The notes beneath the pieces were generated by a model, which saw only the letters and a list, made by a program, of their open reading frames with translations, had not been told where the DNA came from and ran no database searches. 64,000 bases of DNA from Cyanophora paradoxa CCMP329 (Eukaryota > Plantae > Glaucophyta). The DNA lies in contig QPMI01000113.1 of the NCBI GenBank assembly GCA_004431415.1, positions 62,001 to 126,000 of the forward strand, given 5' to 3'. Shown here piece after piece: positions 59,818-64,000 of the stretch. The position numbers and the translations under genes are program-made. Positions within the stretch are counted from its first letter, which is position 1, and each line of letters opens with the position of its first letter.

Positions 59818-62232
59818 ATGGCGAAGATGACATCGAAACAAAAGACTTTACTCCAAGAGCTCGCTGATTGGCTGCGTGGCGATGAGACCTTGTCGAAAAA
59901 CACGATTATTCCCATGAAAGACGAGGTAAAGGAGCCCTTCTACGGACATAAAGGCGGTAAATGGAACTGGGAACGATATGATGAAGCCTTTAAGTCCAAT
60001 CAGTTCACAAACTGGGGCATTCTGCTGTCGAATTCGATGATGGTCGTTGATTTCGACGATGAGGAAACGTATCAGAAATTCGTTGAGATGTTTCCCGATG
60101 ATTTCGATGCCCATCAGCCGCTCGAAAAGACTCGAAAGGGCTACCATGTATTCTTTCGACGCCCTGATGAGTTCGATAAGCTGAAAATCACAGATAGCGC
60201 GCCGGCTTTTAAGGGATACAAGAAGGTCGACCTCAAAACCATCACTGGCACTGGCACTTCGGGACTTCTCAATGTATGTCCAAGCCCTAATAAGACCTGG
60301 GTAATTAAGCCGTGGGCACCGTCGTGCAAGTTTAATGAGCCCTCTGACGCTTTCTGTAAATGGATTATCGAGAACTACGATTACAAGCATGCCAATAATC
60401 CACAGCCGAAAGCGGGAAATTCGAGCAAGGATAATACCGAAGCTGCTATTATTGCCGGACTGTGTGGCATGGGGTTCCTATTCCCAAATATCTATGCACG
60501 CCGCGATGAGGGCTTTGACTTTAATTCGGCTAACAAGGGGTTCCAGTGTCCCTGCTGCGATGAATCCCACGATTCCAATAACTGGTGGGTGAAGAAAAAG
60601 CGAGATGGCAAGTATAATGAGTATATTGTGAAGAGTTATAGCGAGAACTGCGAGCCGAAAGAGTTCTCGGTTAACATAGAGCTGACCGAGGAAGAGAAAC
60701 ACCATTTAGAAATTAACACTCTCATTGACAAGACCGTTTCAGTTGAAGGTGCCCATTATCCTGTTGCAATCATCTGCGCCAAGATCCTGAAAGCGACCAC
60801 AAAATATTCAAATGATGTCTGGTTTAACCTTTACCCCAAAAATGGTATCTGGAAATATGACAAAACGGACAAGTCGATACTCTCTAAGATCCCCGAGCAT
60901 GTGGCACAGTGGTTCTTTAAGAGGGCGGGCTATCATCTTTCCAATGCTGTTAGTGCAAGTGGAGATGATCTTGTGAAGGAAAAGGCTGAGAAAAGCGCCC
61001 ATATGTTGCTGGCAATTCACAAGAGGATTCAGAATACACCGTATCAAAAGTCGCTGGAACCGCATATTATCACACAGCTGCAAGACGATGACTTTATGGC
61101 GACTCTGGACACAGTTCCCAATATTGTGGGGTTTACTAATGGCGTGTTTGATTTAAATAATATGACTTTCCGCAAGGGGACGACGGAAGATATGGTGAGC
61201 AAGACTGTCGGCTTTGATTACTGCGAGGAAGTTGATGAGGCAAAGGTTAAAAGGCTGAAAGACATTTATTTGGATATCTGTGGCGGAGATATGGAACTCT
61301 ACAACTACCTGATCAGCCTCTATGCATATGCACTCACAGGTAAAACCGACCTGCAAACGTTCTATCTATTCACAGGTGTCGGTGCTAATGGAAAGAGTGT
61401 GATTGAAACGTTTATGCAAGAGACATTCGGTGATTATGCTCGCCCGATTAGCATTACTTTGCTCACACAAGTCCACAAAGCAAATAGCCCGATTCCCGAG
61501 CTTGCTAATAAGCAAGGTGTCCGGCTCACCCATGCAAACGAACCTAATGATGGCGACAAGCTTCTATGCGGTATGATGAAGACACTGACAGGTGGCGAGC
61601 TCTGCACAGCCCGAGGACTTTTCAAGGATCCTATTGATTTCAAGCCTCGGTTTACTATGGTGATCCTGTGCAACAATAATCTGGAAATCGAAAAGCCCGA
61701 CAAAGCTATTAAGCGTCGGTTCCGATCGATCCCATTCCGCTCTGTTTACTCACCTAATCCCAAAGCCGGAGAGAAGAAAGCGGACGAAACCCTCATGGAA
61801 ATGTTTGAGGGCGACGAGAAAAATGAATACAAGCGGGCAAATATTCAGATTCTCATCGATATGCTCGCTACTGGCAAAGTTAAAGAGATCCTGCAAAACC
61901 CGCCGCAATCTGTCATCGAGCATAGCGCCAAATATCTCGACGACAGCGATAAGCTGGGTTCCTATCTGCGCGAAAATTACAAGCTGTCAGAGGAAAAGGG
62001 CGCCCATGTTGCCTGTGATGAGGTATTCAAAGCTTGCGCGGAAATGATGCGAAGCTACGATATCAAGACAAAGGTTACCACTCGCACTATCAGTAACAAA
62101 GTGCTCGAAACATTCAAAATTGAATCGACTGTGACTACAATTAAAGGGAAGTCGAAGCGAGTTTATAAGGGGCTCACTAAGATCGCCAAGACACAGTTTG
62201 AAGACGAAGATGAGGATGATATAGAAGCGTAA
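59818..62232 (+). CDS. Primase-helicase: Prim-Pol (AEP) + Zn-binding + D5-like SF3 helicase
   Basis: VVDFDD and TRKGYHVFF (AEP motifs), CPCCDESH, VGFTNGVFDL (D5_N), Walker A GVGANGKS, KTLTGG...ARGLF, ILCN...AIKRR. Confidence 0.93.
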   Translation: MAKMTSKQKTLLQELADWLRGDETLSKNTIIPMKDEVKEPFYGHKGGKWNWERYDEAFKSNQFTNWGILLSNSMMVVDFDDEETYQKFVEMFPDDFDAHQPLEKTRKGYHVFFRRPDEFDKLKITDSAPAFKGYKKVDLKTITGTGTSGLLNVCPSPNKTWVIKPWAPSCKFNEPSDAFCKWIIENYDYKHANNPQPKAGNSSKDNTEAAIIAGLCGMGFLFPNIYARRDEGFDFNSANKGFQCPCCDESHDSNNWWVKKKRDGKYNEYIVKSYSENCEPKEFSVNIELTEEEKHHLEINTLIDKTVSVEGAHYPVAIICAKILKATTKYSNDVWFNLYPKNGIWKYDKTDKSILSKIPEHVAQWFFKRAGYHLSNAVSASGDDLVKEKAEKSAHMLLAIHKRIQNTPYQKSLEPHIITQLQDDDFMATLDTVPNIVGFTNGVFDLNNMTFRKGTTEDMVSKTVGFDYCEEVDEAKVKRLKDIYLDICGGDMELYNYLISLYAYALTGKTDLQTFYLFTGVGANGKSVIETFMQETFGDYARPISITLLTQVHKANSPIPELANKQGVRLTHANEPNDGDKLLCGMMKTLTGGELCTARGLFKDPIDFKPRFTMVILCNNNLEIEKPDKAIKRRFRSIPFRSVYSPNPKAGEKKADETLMEMFEGDEKNEYKRANIQILIDMLATGKVKEILQNPPQSVIEHSAKYLDDSDKLGSYLRENYKLSEEKGAHVACDEVFKACAEMMRSYDIKTKVTTRTISNKVLETFKIESTVTTIKGKSKRVYKGLTKIAKTQFEDEDEDDIEA

Positions 62233-62563
62233 ACGACATCCAAACAATCATTAACTACATCATTTTTTAGTAACTACGCAACTACATAGCGAAGCTACGC
62301 AATTTAATACCGGCAACTATGCGCTATCAGACCTACCTATACGCATGTCCTGACTGCGGACGAGATCACCCAAACCGCGACCATGGATATTGAAGCCACA
62401 CAGGATCTTTTCAGGCGAATATTCGGTTACTACCCGAATTGCCGCGGTAAAAAGACAAAAACCCATGTTATCAAATCTGACACTATGCAACTGACAATAG
62501 AGCTGCCCGAAAACGTAAGACTAACGGTAAGAAGTGTCACAAAGCTAACTTAGGCACTTGCAA

Positions 62564-63058
62564 TTAATGGTATTGTTGCAAACTCTCAATACGACAAACT
62601 GGACAGGAAAAACGTTGTTTATAAGTCATTTCGGATATGCAAGATTCACACACAGAACTATTACACTGCGCACAAGCTAAATCTTCCGTTTTTATAACCT
62701 CTAAACAAATCACACACTTAACTTCCCCATCTTGTTTTTTAGAAAAGCCCGATATAACATTTTGTATTACCTCAATGCATTTCTCTTTCGTAATGTCAAG
62801 TGGTATTAACATTTTATATCCTTTGTAAACCAATGCGCATATGTGCTGCCTACGAGGATGGTAAAACTGGGAAGCCATATTAAGATGTAAAAACATGTTC
62901 TGATGTTTACGCGTTTGTGATATAACAAAGATTACCTTCTTACGGGCATTCTTCTTTTCCCATTTGAGATAGTTCTTGTCTGTGCATTCTTTTGTTGCTT
63001 CTGTTACGGGAATATTTGTAAGTGTCTTACAATATTCTATTATCTCTTGGGTATTCAT
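62564..63058 (-). CDS. RING-finger protein (putative E3 ligase)
   Basis: CVIC...CAQCNSSVCESC...CPVCR. Confidence 0.8.
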   Translation of the reverse strand: MNTQEIIEYCKTLTNIPVTEATKECTDKNYLKWEKKNARKKVIFVISQTRKHQNMFLHLNMASQFYHPRRQHICALVYKGYKMLIPLDITKEKCIEVIQNVISGFSKKQDGEVKCVICLEVIKTEDLACAQCNSSVCESCISEMTYKQRFSCPVCRIESLQQYH

Positions 63059-63188
63059 TGTGTTTCTCTATATCTGATACACATAAAATGTTTTCCTCCG
63101 TGTCATTTTTTGAGATGTCCTTAAATATGTTTCCACATTTTTTGAACGCGTCCTTTCCCGAAATTAAAATGTTCCCTTAGAGTAAAAG

Positions 63189-64000
63189 ATGCCCCGCCAA
63201 ACTAATCGCCTTATAAAAGAGAAAAAGACGAAATATTAGGCTTGTTAGGTAGTCTTTTAGTCACTGGGGAGATCACCGAAGCCGAATATGATCGTAGGGC
63301 GGCGATCTTAGATCGAAAACCCCGCTTAGCTAACCTTGCGAATATTGCCGACGAGCTTTACAATCGCCTGGAAAATGTGGAGCGCTTCTATACCGAAGGG
63401 AGGCGCTTAGCCGTCATAGAACCCGATGAGGAAGACGGTTTCGCAATGAATAAAGCGTATGCCTGGTATAGCTATAAGGCGGATGAACAGATAATCTTAG
63501 ATCCGGTGGAATTTCTCACTACCATCGCTGCAAACCTGCCTGGGCGGCTGAAAGAACGGCTGGACGAGCTTAAAGCTATTAAGGTGCGCCTTACTTTCAT
63601 CTGCCGATACGTAAAAGTGAGTGATCCTAACGTTTTTATCACTAAACACATTTATAGCGATTATTTCGTAATCACAAGGTCGCGCAATATTCTCACTGAG
63701 TTAGTGGGTGTAGCTCAGCAAATGAATGAACAGATGATACAGGTCGACAGCTACCGGCTCAGTAAATTAGATAAGCTACATGTCGTCGTTTTATCATATG
63801 CGCCGATGGGCGGTTGCTACATTGAGACCCCCGAATGGATTGGATTAAAGCGAGCCACAGTAAATATTAAGAATATCGATGGTCACGACTGCTTTAATTA
63901 CGCTATCCTCGCATGGCTGCACAGAAACGACATAAACAGACACAAACGTAATGATCCGTTCCAATATAGGCGGTGGATGACTGAACTCGACTTCTCAGGC
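63189..64000 (+). CDS. 5' part of protein-primed DNA polymerase B (terminal protein/vOTU region); one frameshift near the start, runs off the window
   Basis: Open frame 63206 to the end, absent from the ORF track: YAPMGGCYIETPEWIGLKRATVNIKNIDGHDCFNYAILAWLH...ELDFSG, the characteristic N-terminal signature of Polinton pPolB. Confidence 0.85.

Larger units (their letters stand above)
43979..64000. mobile_element. Endogenous Polinton-like virus (Preplasmiviricota); left boundary approximate, right end outside the window
   Basis: Sharp drop in GC, loss of introns, compact gene packing; capsid, penton-like, packaging ATPase, primase-helicase and pPolB genes. Confidence 0.92.

Noticed and set aside
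44000-64000. Bacteriophage or prophage contamination, suggested by tail-fibre motifs
   Set aside because: A32-type ATPase, penton-like genes, Polinton-type pPolB and a RING protein indicate a eukaryotic Preplasmiviricota element; no terminase or portal genes were seen.

Overview
Two very different compartments. (1) 1 to ~41.4 kb is gene-dense, very GC-rich eukaryotic nuclear DNA broken by dozens of ~45-90 nt spliceosomal introns, many with GC-AG ends, so most ORF-track entries here are shadow ORFs or exon fragments. Recognisable genes: Smr-domain protein, Roc/COR-like protein, two-TM membrane protein, TBCE, plastid-targeted phosphofructokinase, TTC27, PLAT+PhoD phosphatase, R2R3-type Myb, ISN1, CDC50, TIR-domain protein, STYX-like pseudophosphatase, SixA-like phosphatase and NAA25. 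Transit peptides with an early Phe suggest a primary-plastid alga, possibly a glaucophyte (inference only). (2) After a truncated retrotransposon gag (~42.8-44.0 kb) and a 290-bp inverted-repeat-bounded AT-rich segment, the sequence switches abruptly to AT-rich, intron-free DNA. This is an endogenous Polinton-like virus that runs off the right edge. It encodes a putative double-jelly-roll major capsid, two divergent penton-like genes, an A32-type packaging ATPase, a Prim-Pol/D5 primase-helicase, a RING protein and the 5' part of a vOTU-containing protein-primed DNA polymerase B. It also carries two giant fibre/spike-like genes built from phage tail-fibre modules, one with a C-terminal membrane anchor. 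Its left end has two iteron-rich hairpins that look like replication origins. All calls come from motif recognition by eye; no searches were run, and spliced gene boundaries are approximate.
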